The notes beneath the pieces were generated by a model. That model saw only the letters and a list, made by a program, of their open reading frames with translations, searched no databases and was not told the origin of the DNA. A stretch of 36,437 bases of DNA from Catajapyx aquilonaris (taxonomy: Eukaryota). Shown here in pieces: positions 1 through 25,036 of the stretch; within the stretch, counting starts at the first letter, position 1, and each line of letters starts with the position of its first letter. The stretch spans positions 1-36,437 of the forward strand of contig JYFJ02003904.1 of NCBI GenBank assembly GCA_000934665.2, read 5' to 3'. The translations under genes and the position numbers were made by a program.

Positions 1-281
1 TCGCCGTAAAAACCTCGTGACAGCCTCGAATTTCACTGGTACCGACATGGAAAGAAGTTATTGCGGGTCAAAATAAAAAACTGTATCTGGCCGCGGCCGC
101 AAATATCGCCCCAGGAGAAAAATAAGCGCACCATCTCAAAGTGCAACTCTTTCTCCAGTTTCATGCCGATACCTCCATATTTGCGGCCGTGACAGCGAGA
201 GGAAGAAGTGTCAAACTCACGGGCCGGCCCGCGACGGGCTACCCGCAACAATGAATAGCGTAGCCTAGAGCGCGCTCTTAA

Positions 282-762
282 GGGATTACATTAGTGACCA
301 CATATAATGACATTGAAGTGTGTAATCAGTATTTTGGGAGGGAACATAGGTGCAAGTGCAATGTCTGAAAAGGGATACTGTAAGTTCCCCAGTCAGTTAG
401 GTTGCCAGACACCTCAAAGGTGCAGGTCAGACACCCTCTTGACACAGGTGAAAGGGAACTCCCAAGGTGGGGATCGAACCTGGGGCCTTTCACTCAGCAA
501 GCCGAGACGTTATCATCTTGGCCATCTACACTTCCTTACCATGAAACCTATTTTGCTCACGCTTAATCCGAATATGAAAACCGTTGGTCGTTATCACACA
601 CTGCGGTTATCATTGAGGTTTAGGCCTGGATACCTCTCCACACATGGACGGACGGACGAATAGACAGAGCCGTTCTATAGGACTTTTTCTGATGAGAAAA
701 AGTCTAGAAACTGATTATGCACTTCAATGACATTATAATTATGTGGTCGCTCATGTAATCCC
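282..762. mobile_element. Composite non-autonomous element: ~50-bp inverted arms enclosing a Helentron/HINE-like segment with a tRNA-like head
   Basis: 282-331 GGGATTACATTAGTGACCACATATAATGACATTGAAGTGTGTAATCAGT is an imperfect inverted repeat of 710-762. The interior has a minus-strand A/B-box tRNA-like segment (459-524), a (GGAC)n microsatellite (646-658) and the perfect hairpin GACTTTTTCT-GATG-AGAAAAAGTC (681-704). Confidence 0.65.
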
Positions 763-1023
763 ATTGTGTATGAAAATGTATTATTTTTGGCACTTTAAGA
801 CGTCATAACTTTTACAAATATGGACCTCCTCCTGAAATATTTCATTTTTGGTAATCATATGTTGTCTGTCCACTATTAGCAATCAAGATCCGTCATTATC
901 ACCCTGGTCCCTGGAAATGCCCCTTGTGAGTTTTGTTGCATGGAACTGTGTTTCATGTGTGATCAGGGCCATGATGAATCATTTCCCAATAACCGATTCT
1001 TAAACTTGGTGTACACTACTGAC

Positions 1024-1507
1024 CTTTGAGTCATACAAAACTTTGGCCTTGGTAGGATCTGGCTCATAGCAGAGGACTCGCTCCCCTTCTGAGAAGCGGA
1101 GTTTGAGACCACCTCTAGTCGACACCATGTCCGCTCCAAATCCTGACTGGACCCCAAATAAGCTGGTCCCACAAGCACCACCACTGCTGTTGGTGGTGCA
1201 GGGGGTGGCTGTCGACTGCAGGACAGACGAAGATGGTTGTGGCGGTGGCGGGGGAGCTGCAAAGATCTGGACCGAGTTCCTTCCGGCAGAGTTGGGTACG
1301 CTGACCACCACAGGGGGCACCGCCGCTGCCCTGGACGCCTGTCTGGACGCCCTCCGCACAGACTGCAGACTAAGCGCGGGCCTCCTCCTACGCCTCCTCC
1401 GCTGCTGGCGCCTGGTCACCTCCGAATCGGCGTCTTCCTCCCTGGGCACACACAAGAACAAAAATTCATACCTCTGCGTCACTATTAATAACTGCACAGC
1501 AACAGAC

Positions 1508-1538
<31 letters not shown>

Positions 1539-1794
1539 CTTTTTTTTAAAAAATTGGATGTACCAATGGCACCTCGAGAAGTTGCGCTTTGCAGGGTGGT
1601 ACTCACTCGTGCTGGTTGGCCCTTCCCCTGAGCCTCATGCGACTGGCGGGCGGCCCCCCGTCCCTCGCTCCTGCTACTTCCCCTCCACCCCCTCCTCGAC
1701 GGATTCGACGTTGCCGCAGCTCCCAGGCCATCGACGACGGCGAGGACACCTCGCCATACTCGTCACCGGGGACGTCGTATTCGTCGTCGTACAT
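1024..1794 (-). CDS. MSL3: Male-specific lethal 3 homolog (chromo-barrel N-terminus), 5' part only; gene continues beyond the left edge
   Basis: 1128-1024 encodes MVSTRGGLKLRFSEGERVLCYEPDPTKAKVLYDSK, the characteristic MSL3 chromodomain start, ending at donor AAG|GTCAGT (1024/1023). The frame is open upstream to acceptor CAG|G at 1441 and can splice in frame to exon 1794-1607 (less certain; see findings). No further MSL3 exon was seen in 1-1023. Confidence 0.9.
1510..1537. repeat. (CT)n microsatellite
   Basis: Directly visible; inside the proposed first MSL3 intron (1606-1442). Confidence 0.9.
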
Positions 1795-2099
1795 ATGATC
1801 GGCCTCCCTGCGGTGTTCCGTCGCTCTCCGTCCCTCTGACCTCCGGGACACCACTACATCGCATTGATCGCCTTCCATTACCTTACCTACTCCCGTTCGG
1901 CCGGTACACACACTCTCTGTCCAGTCTGTCGGTTGCCAACCCCCTGATGCCCGCTGCACTCTCGCTAGTCTCGCAGTCGTACGGGTGACGGGCAGGCGCA
2001 CGGGCAGGACAGGACCTTGATGCTTACGGACGCGGTCGTTCTATTCCCTTTTCTCACGGCGTCGTCACTGGAGAAGCGAGCAAGCGACCGACCGACAGG

Positions 2100-2300
2100 G
2101 CACCTGCAGTTTAATTATCACGCAGGATCGCCATGTTGAGTCCTGCGCGCAGACATTTTTCCGCTCCACAACCAATCGCCTACGCGCTCTTCCGTCACGT
2201 GACTCCTGTTTTCCAACATGGCGCCCTCCATCGCCCGTTTATTTCGGTGACAACGAGCATTCGGCATTGCGCTAATTGCACTGCAGATGTCGTCAGCGTA
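2100..2300. promoter_or_regulatory. Putative bidirectional promoter between MSL3 and Ku70
   Basis: CpG-rich stretch between divergent start codons (1794/1128 and 2570). Inverted YY1-like motifs CGCCATGTTG (2129-2138) and CAACATGGCG (2214-2223), CCAAT (2172-2176), palindromic E-box GTCACGTGAC (2194-2203). Confidence 0.6.
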
Positions 2301-2569
2301 CAATAACGAAGGAGTTGTTTAAATATATTAAAACCCCTTTCAGGTTTCATAGTGCAGCACAATTAATTATCGCGAATAAGATTGCGTTCTTTGCTAATTA
2401 TCATCGTGACATTGCGGATAGTAATATAGCTGTAGGTGGGTTGTGCAACTGTGTGCTCTTCGGTCTCTAGTAGTTCTGACTAGTTCCCCTGGTATTGTTT
2501 GAAAGTTTTATCAGTATTGTAGGTGTACAGTCACTTTATCAAGAGCAGTAGGGGAATAGTTGGTCAAGA

Positions 2570-5500
2570 ATGGACAGGAGCTGGAGACTGGACGACGAGG
2601 AAGACGAGGAGGGCCTCGAGGGCGACGAGGACGAGGCTGCTGGGGAGAGGAAGGAGGTGCGAGGAGGAAGAGACGCTGTCATCCTCGTCATCGACGCATC
2701 GGACAAGATGTTGAAGAAGGTGTCCACAGAAGACGGGGAGGAAGAAGAAGAGCCCTTCAGGACAGCCATCAAGGTTCTTATAATCGTTCCAGATGATGTA
2801 ACTTTATTGGTATGGTAGCGCACAACTTTTATGGATGTATTTTCAGTGCTGCCACAGCCACATGCGAAGTAAGATAATTGCATCTGAGGCAGACTTGATG
2901 GCCATTGTAGTGTATGGTACTCGAGAACACCTGGATTGCGACTTTGACAACATCAGCATTATGCAGGAGTTGGCTCCTCCTTCTGCAGCAAAGATAAAGC
3001 AGCTTGAGGAGATGAAGGCTAGCCCAAGTCTCTCTGGATTTGAGCAAAAATTTGGACATGGCCATGAGGCAACTATGAGGGATGTGTTGTGGCTTTGCCT
3101 CATGATGTTCTCCAAATCAGGGTATGCAAATGATCTGTGTTGGAGATTGCATTGTAGCTCTCTTTTGTTCAAATGTTAATTGTTAGCAAGGCTAATGCAA
3201 ATAATTCAAGGTGGCTGAAAAGGTCAAATGAAGTAAATGTAAATTACAGTAGTGTCCTTGAAATTACTCTGAATGAGTAAGAGATGTGGTTTATTGTATT
3301 CCATGATGTATAGCCTGCATGGATAGGTTTTTAAAAATTCATGGCCTGTGCGAGAGTCATACAACAACAAATCCTCATATGGAAAAATACCTTCACTTGT
3401 CGTATATCAGTAAATACAAGCTGCATCATTGAATCTTTGCATTTCAGAACCACCCTGGCCCAAAAAAAGGTCCTCCTATTCACCAATGAGGATAATCCAC
3501 ATCCTGGTGATGATGGAAAGCTTCGTCTTGCAATGCGGACATCAAAAGATCTTGCTGAAGCGGGTGCTAAGCTATCACTCATAGCAATGGGCCAAGAGTT
3601 TTCAACAAGTCACTTCTACCGTGACATTCTTCAGCTGCACCATAACTATGATCCTTCTGACTCCAACTCGGAGTTTGGCTTTGCAGATGGCATTGGAGTC
3701 GAGAGCTACACTGAGATTATGAAAGTAATTCGCCGCCGTGACTTCAAGAAGAGAACCCTTGGCCGAATGCACATGCACATTGGCCCTGGATTGAAATTGG
3801 GGGTGTCGACATTTGTATTGGCACGTGAAGTCAAGCGACCATATGCCATCAAGGTTAACCGCAGCACTAATCAGCCAGTTCAGAACAAGACTACACTATA
3901 TAACAGTGTGAGTATGAGCTATGTGTATGTAAGTCTTTCACAACTGATGGGTATGGGTGATGGGAATGGGTACACTAAAACCTGGAAGTTATTTTGTTAA
4001 TGGAAATTGAAAGGGGCACTGTCCCAAAAATCAAAACATAATATTTAGCTTTTGAAACCTCACACACTCTTCAAGAAGGATGTGTGCATAATGGAAACCT
4101 GTGCAGCATTGATGATTTTTGCTAGCGTTACTCCACTGGGGACAGGTTTCTATATTATAGTTATATCCATGTCAAAGTTACAAGGCTTATTATGAATTGT
4201 TGTTTTGTTATTTATTTTCAGTAATGAAAATGAGTAAATAGGTAAATATGTCTGAGGATAAGGTGTTGTCTGAGGTGGGCAGGGGTGGGGGGTGGGATGG
4301 GTTGTTTTTAGGTTTATTCTCATGAGTTTTATTAGTTCATATGTTGGGTTAGCTTGCGTCTCCCTTCATCGCTGACTACCCCTCATAGGGAAATGTCGTG
4401 ATGATGATGATGTTGTTGTTGTTGTTGTTATTTATTTTATTGCTTACTTATTAATTTTAAATGCAGGAATCTGGTGAGCTGCTTCTTCCATCTGAGGTTC
4501 GGGTTGCCCAGAAACTTGCCAATCAAGACATCAAGTTTAGTTCTGTGGAACTTAAGTCGATCAAGACTTTTACATCTTCTCCAGCCCTTCATTTGGTGGG
4601 CTTCAGGCCTACATCCCAACTGAAACCTCACATGTATTTGAAACCATCTAACTTTCTCTACCCAGAGGAGACCATGGTTAAGGGGAGCCGACGCCTCTTT
4701 GCTGCCCTTCTCCGTAATTGTGCCAGCCGAAATATGTCCCCCATTTGCTACATGATTCCAAGAAAGATCTCCTACCCTTCCATGGTTGCCTTAATTCCTC
4801 AAGTGGAATCTGGATCAGATGATGTGGGAAGTTCTGGATTCCACGTGGTTTTTCTCCCATATGCAGATGATGTGAGACAGGTGCCGCTTGATGAAACCCA
4901 GTGTGCCTCGGCTGATGACAATCAAGTGGATGCAGCCAAGAGAATTGTTAAGCGACTGCGATTCAAATACCAACCAGAACTGTTTCCAGATCCACAGCTC
5001 CAGAAGCATTGGAGGAACATAGAAGCCTTAGCTCTTGACAGAGATACTGTGGATGATGAGGATGACGAGGAATTCCAGGACCATACTTGTACGTTGCCCT
5101 AACAAGTAGCCTATTTCAGGTTTAGTTATTCCTAAGTGTAAGAGAGATACACTTGCTTTCCCCTGAGTCAAGTTGGTGTTGGTTGATGGAGGCTTTTATT
5201 ATAATTATGTACAATTTCTTCCCAATTGTAGTGCAAGATGAAGAAGCTGTGAGAAAGCGTTTAGACAAGGAAGCTAATGACTTCATGGAAGCTGTGTTTC
5301 CAGAAGGTATTGGAAATCAAGTAGGAAAGAGACGAGGAAAGGCAGCCGGAGATGGAAATAGTCCAGCAGCTAAACGAAGTCGAAGGCCTGCTGGAGAGAT
5401 AGATGTTGAAGCTGAGGCCAGGGCAGGAAGGGTGAGTGACAGCTACAAAACGAATCCAAATCTAGACATCACCTGGCACTATTTTTGCAGGCGAACAAGC

Positions 5501-5619
5501 TGACTGTTGACCAGCTCAAGTCTTACCTCTTGGGTGAAGGCTGCCGTATAGCAGGAAAAAGGAAGGCTGACCTTATCCAAGAATTGTATACCTACCTCAA
5601 GATTGACCCTGTTCAGTAA
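2570..5619 (+). CDS. XRCC6: Ku70 / X-ray repair cross-complementing protein 6 (vWA, Ku core, SAP domain), about 629 aa
   Basis: Exons 2570-2773, 2847-3121, 3448-3907, 4467-5088, 5232-5431, 5491-5619; all introns GT-AG with matching phases; total 1890 nt. Motifs: GRDAVILVIDAS, KIIASEADLMAIVVYGT, LFTNEDNPH, FLYPEE...GSRRLFAALL, GFHVVFLPYADD, FPDPQLQKHWRNIEALAL, and C-terminal SAP KLTVDQLKSYL...KADLI. AATAAA at 5628-5633. Confidence 0.96.
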
Positions 5620-6023
5620 CCACGTTAAATAAAGTGCTGAAAATTGATATGGGTTTTTTTGAGGTCTCTATCCTGAGGGTGTTGCTAGTAAAGCCCTGCC
5701 TTCCCTGGTTTGAGGCCAACTATTTATGCAGCATGTGAATTTTTTTGGAGGGAAATTTTAGAAGAAATATGATGACCAGCAGTACCTGCCCAGTTTCATG
5801 TCCCCATGGCATCAGGTTTGAATTTTTGACCCGTTCTGACCTATCCCAGCAGTGTTATCCTGACTCTTCAGGGCAATTTGTGCACCTCTCTTGTGGTGCG
5901 GTTAGTCTGCTTTCTAGGATATCACTTTTTAATGACACAACCTGCAGATCGACCACACTTGTGATATTTATTCCTCACCCCCTGGCAACATGAAGCTACA
6001 GGAACAAGTCCAGGTCATTGTGT

Positions 6024-7669
6024 TCACCTGTCCATGTGACAGGAGACGGCGGCCACCAGGGCAGCCCCGCGTCCGCTACCGTCCTCCGAGATGGCCAGGT
6101 CGAACTAAAAGCGAGAGCAAACCGAATGTTATTGCCGTCAGCAACCTAAGAACAAGTCAGCATTATTTACCGCGTAATCATCTGGCACCATTTTCTTGGC
6201 CTGAGCCACCACAACATCCTGGAAGTGCGGGTGGAACTTGATGAGGGAGCCATCAACTCCAACCGTCACTTTCTTCTCTCCCATCTTGTTGAGTATAGTG
6301 GCTATCCCCATCCCGGTCAGCTTGGCTGCCCTGTTGCACACCAATTTGCATACCTTCTTTGTCGCCACGCAATCGGCAGGGGAAGGGTCGTTGACACCCA
6401 GCGAGATGAGTATCTCAGCGCACTTCTCCGTCTGTCCATCCTTCTCCTCCTCAATGTCGCTCATGTGCTTGGTGGTCAACACCGCTTTCTCGGTTAACAG
6501 CTGAGAGTTCGCGTTTGTAGTGAAGATCACCCCATCGCCGGTCAGCTTGATCAGGATCAGACGCGCCAGTTCGCCCAGGTACATCCCGGAGAACATCTTC
6601 TCGAACCTCTGCTGCCCAACGTTGATGGAGTTCTTGTCTACCTCCTCGTCGTACTCCGTCATCACGAAGTCGATGCATCCATTGCTTCCGAAACCTCCCC
6701 ACTCAAGGTTGATGATCATGGTGTCAGGACCGGGAACCTTCTTCTCCTCCGCGTCCACTGTATCGATGTTGGACAGCTTCTCCACGTAGCAGGCGTTGGT
6801 CCCTGTCCCTACGATCAGGCCTATCCGGCAGTTGGGATTATGGTGGGCGCATGACATGAGGGTACCGGTGGTGTCGTTCAACACGGCGGCCAGGGTGATG
6901 TGGATGTCGCCTCTGCGCTCGATGGCCTCTTGCAGAAGGCGACCCACGTCCTCGCCCACAACCCCTGAGCAGCTGAACCCTTTGGTCCAGCTGCTCAGGT
7001 CTGCCCGACGGAGGCCCTCTTGTCTGCATGGGAAGCTGAAGGTGAAGCCCAGGGGTAGGGAGATATCGGGGTCGATGCGCTGCTCTTTGATGAAGGTGGC
7101 CAGACACAGTGCTATGTGGTCGAACAACTGCGAGAAATACATGGGGATCAATACTCCGCACCTGATGTGTACGGAATATGTCTCACCTTTTCACCTGCCC
7201 CTCGCATTATGGCTTCTGGGAGGGCGAAGACCTGCGACTTCATTCGAAAACGGTTTTGGCCTAGTTCGGCCACCAACACGCGGAAGTTGGTTCCTCCCAG
7301 GTCCAAGCCGAGGTATTTGCCAGTTTCTGTGTGACAATGTCAGAAGTGATCACTAATTTCCTGTCTCCAAATCACACTGTAACTTACTGACCTTTCCCTG
7401 TAGGCAAGTTTCGGACGTACGTAGGAAAACACTTGATGCTGGAGTCTGGATTGGTTTCAGTATTCAGACCTTTTTGTATCTCGGCCAGCATAATCTTCGA
7501 TAGGTCGCCCAATACTTCGTCCGAAAGTAGAAAAGGTTTGCATACCTCGTCAATCTTTGGATGATACATATGTCTGTTAGTTACGCATTTTACCCCCCGG
7601 TTGGAAACCACTGGTTTAATAATTGTTTAGTAAATAACAACTTACCTTGGCTGACAGGTCGTCTGACAT
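6024..7669 (-). CDS. Hexokinase, single-domain ~50 kDa invertebrate type, about 454 aa
   Basis: Exons 7669-7646, 7554-7392, 7326-7187, 7127-6171, 6104-6024 (1365 nt, phases consistent). Motifs: CFPTYV, LDLGGTNFRV, LPLGFTFSFPC, WTKGF, LNDTTGT, IVGTGTNACY, INLEWGGFG, FEKMFSGMYLGE, VDGS, SEDGSGRGAALVAA. Minus-strand AATAAA at 5972-5967. The first mini-exon (MSDDLSAK) is less certain. Confidence 0.96.
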
Positions 7670-10600
7670 GATTGTTTATGTCACTGAGTTGTATGCGCAA
7701 CTTATAATTTTGTATCCTGGACTTCCACTAATGTTTATGATCTTGATGCTGTCTGATGTGAATACATGACAAGACCGTTATGCACTATTTGTTTCGGAAC
7801 CATTCGCTCTTTTCGAAAAAGGTGTGAAATGACTAAAAATTCACCAGGTCAGTGTATACAGCAAGAGATATTCAGAAATGCAGTCAGTATTACATGCTAT
7901 TACAATTCGTCATATATGGATGTTAATTATTATTGGAAAAAAAAGATCCAAGACAACCTGGTGGTGAACAACTTAACACGATGAGAGAGAGAAATTTAAA
8001 GTTATCCATTTAAGCATCAATATTATTGGTTGAATCAAGTGACAACGTGTTGTCCATGTTGTCTATTATTGCATCGCTGCTAATCTATATACTGCGCAAG
8101 TACCTGAGAATCCGGTTGATCGGAGGTTTCAATTCCACTTGTAAATTTTGATGGAAGGCTACATCGAGTTCCAGTGCTGTAGCGTAGCAACATTGTTATC
8201 ATCAATCGTGCAACAATATGGTGGCATCAACATTGTCGTTGCTATAGGGATATCCACATTTACTCTTTGTACTGTAATTGTTTAGTATCGGGCTAACCAA
8301 TCGAGTCAGTGCACTAATTTTCATAGGACTTTACTCTTTTTGGTACATAATACTTGTGTAGGGTTACGAGATGTGAGGTATTGCCAGACAATGCCCATTC
8401 AACAATCGAGACTGATTTACTGTATTACTTTGATGTATTTTGGTCCCGACGGAGAAATTTCTGACAGAATTTTCAATCTCAAAGAATACAATTTTATTGG
8501 TGTTGTAAGATTTGTTTGCTCTGTGCCACGCACACATTCACACACCCACGTACACACATCCAGTGGAAATGAATAACAAGTAAGGGAATCTTGTGGCATC
8601 TTGGAAGAGATACTCACTGCAGGTAACCAGACTAAAGGTTGACAAAATATCAAATATGAAAAGACCCTTCAATGGAAAGATATCTTGTTACAAGTCAAGG
8701 TATATACAGTACATCATCTGTTAGCTTACACTTAAAGGGACAAGGAGAGAAAATGAGAACATGGTGTGTGTTTATGTATCAATATGCGCCCAGGGAACTG
8801 TGCTCAACTACATAATATTAGACAGTGCTACACAGTTTTTGTCGGCCCCCGAACGTCCCTACAACGCAAGGTAACGCAACGGAGATGATCCAGTGCAATT
8901 CAAATGCGTCGTCGCCTACAATGTTGAGGATCAGAGATGGGGTGAAAAGACACGCATGTAAATGATGAACCACTGAGTCACTCGTTATTACGATAATAAT
9001 AAGCATTTAAGAAAAAGAGTCGAAGACTGTGTAACAATGCAGGTGAAGTTTGGTTAACTGAAAAAAAGAAGGTCGTAATCATCTCGTGTAAATCGTCTTA
9101 AACCACCGTCATCGCGTCATCAATCATCACATCAGGTACATGGCAGCGAGCGAGTGTAAGTATAATGACTGTACGTCCGTATAAGAGGCCAGCGCACTCT
9201 GAAAAGACACAAACGGGTGCGCTGCCCTGCCCCCTAAAAAAGGACGACCACATCATCGGACTTGGAAACGTGACCCACCGCGTGTCATCAGTCTATCTCC
9301 CTCAAATACCCATACTCGAAGTTTATTTTTATTTTTTTGAAAATTTTTATATCTTGTCTTGTGCGTACTATAGTCGCCACGAAGCAAAACTACTGTACCG
9401 GCTCAGTCCTTGCAATCACTGTCGTACCCTGCTGTGCCCTGTGACCGGGAGAGGTCAGCCCGGACACCCCCTCCCGACACTCATGGACATTGCAACCCCC
9501 AGCGCAGCCTACGTCCTTGGCCTAAGTATAATATTTTTATACTGATTCTAAGAAGGACTATTATGACACATCAGGATGAAATGGTATAAAATCGCTGAAT
9601 GTACAGTACAGAGAATCGAAATACGTACCAAGCGACAAAACACAGCCAAACCACGCTGAATTAGAATGATCTGAGGTACTTCCAAAACGAGTTGGAGGTC
9701 AGCAAATTGAGCTGACCAAATTTTTCATGTACGAAATGTTGACAAGCACGTTTGACGATCAGCTTAATAGCAATTACTGCAAATGCAGACGTACAAAGAA
9801 ACGGTTCACTTTGCATTCGAACCAAACAGCTTGGATGGCAGCAAATAGGTCAAATGAGACTAGACATTACCACGTCATTTTTTTTTTTTTTGGCGCCTAT
9901 ACACATCGGATTGATGCGTCCAATTATTTTTAGTGGCATGTGTTGCCTTGTGGATCACTCCAAGCCAGCTCACTTTTAAAAAAACTGTTCTATTAATTTA
10001 AAAAATTCTAGCAGGACACGGAAATATGAGGCCTAATTAAGCCTAACACTTCAAAATTTATTGCGGCAATTTATATTGCATGACATGACATCTCAGAATT
10101 TGCAAAACGAAACCTGAGACATGTCTAATTAACTGCTTTTAGCTTTTTAAAAAAAATGCAAGGACAAGGCTGCCTCTAACTTAGCAGTATCGAGGTCAGC
10201 GTGAGATGACCAGGGGTGAACCCAGTTTGGCACTGTTTGACACAATCCGCCATTTTCATCTTCCGCTTGATATGCGTAGATACCCGCAAAGGTAACTGCG
10301 CTGCCACTTACTCTACATTGTATGGACCTATTAGTAATTAGATAGACCACTCAGTTTAGGGTGGGGTCAAAAGTCTTACATTCTGTGACCTGGGAGCATT
10401 GTTGTAAAAAGTTTAGAACGGTGCTGAGGGCTGCTCTGAAATGCTCCGGAGGCCCGAGGTCAAATTGGTTCCAACTCTCGATCATTTACAGTATTAAACG
10501 CATGCAAAAATCGCATGATATGAAAAAGTGCTTGGAATTTGCAGGAAGACCGCCGAAGACATTTCAGGCAGCCATCAGAATCCAAGACGAAGTGAATACT

Positions 10601-11084
10601 TGGTCTGTGCAATACCACGTAAGGTGATGGAACGCAGGCAAGCTGATGCCTCGCCAAGTCCATAATTTTTGGCATAGAGTGAGCGAGAAGTTTGGACAAA
10701 ATGTTATGTGAAGCACTGGGGAAGCGTGCGCACGAGAAAAAAAGTAACAATGGTCACGAAGAGAGCCCAGTTTGCCTAACAAGAGGCAGTAGTAGTAATA
10801 ATATTAATAGTAGTAGTGGAGAGCATGAAACACACTCCTAAATGGAGTCGTACAGGTGTTCCGCTTTACAACAACAGAGGGAGAGGTATGGCAGTAGAGA
10901 GGCGTAAGAGGCCTCCATGCCGACAGCATGGTGAGGACAGAAGAACCGCGTGTCTTCTGCTCGTCATCACCGTCGTCGTCGTCGTCGTCAAAGAAGGTCG
11001 GCAGCGTCGTAGGCCAAAAAAGGTGGCCTCAGCCACTGACCACAATAATTACAAGCCTGCTTAGTCGCCTTTGACTGCAGAAGA

Positions 11085-11335
11085 GGTGGATGGATGGTTG
11101 GATGGATGGATGAGGCTGCCGACGTTCGGATTGAAGAGGAAGAATCCAGCGTGATGATGATGAGCAATCACAAGAATTATTAATAGCATCATCAGCAGCA
11201 GCGTCATCATCATCATCATCAACAGCAGCAACGCAGGCGCATTGGGCGATAGCAGCAACAGCATCATCATCATGGTAGGTTGGGGCGCGATCGAGATAGG
11301 GCGCGCGCGTGGTCAGATGATCAGCAGCATCAGCG
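11085..11335. repeat. Low-complexity (GGAT)n, (CAT)n and (CAG)n repeats in the presumed Syt14 3' UTR
   Basis: Directly visible downstream of the Syt14 stop at 11427. Confidence 0.75.
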
Positions 11336-11426
11336 ACGAACGACGATCGAATGATGGAAGTTGGAAGATGATGGGGTTTGGTTTGAAAAGACGGGCACTT
11401 GTGAGGTGCCCAGAGGCGTCCCCGGT

Positions 11427-25036
<13,610 letters not shown>

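Noticed and set aside
459..524. Functional tRNA gene
   Set aside because: Degenerate cloverleaf embedded in a repeat composite.
4010..4152. Kolobok-like MITE in Ku70 intron 3
   Set aside because: Only a short imperfect inverted match (CTGTCCC/GGGACAG) and no clean TTAA duplication.
6225..7356. Plus-strand ORFs of 88-186 aa over hexokinase
   Set aside because: Antisense shadows of a GC-rich coding exon; no recognisable domains.
8000..10800. Hidden gene or transposase between hexokinase and Syt14
   Set aside because: Only short ORFs without recognisable motifs; repeat-like patches lack paired termini that I could verify.
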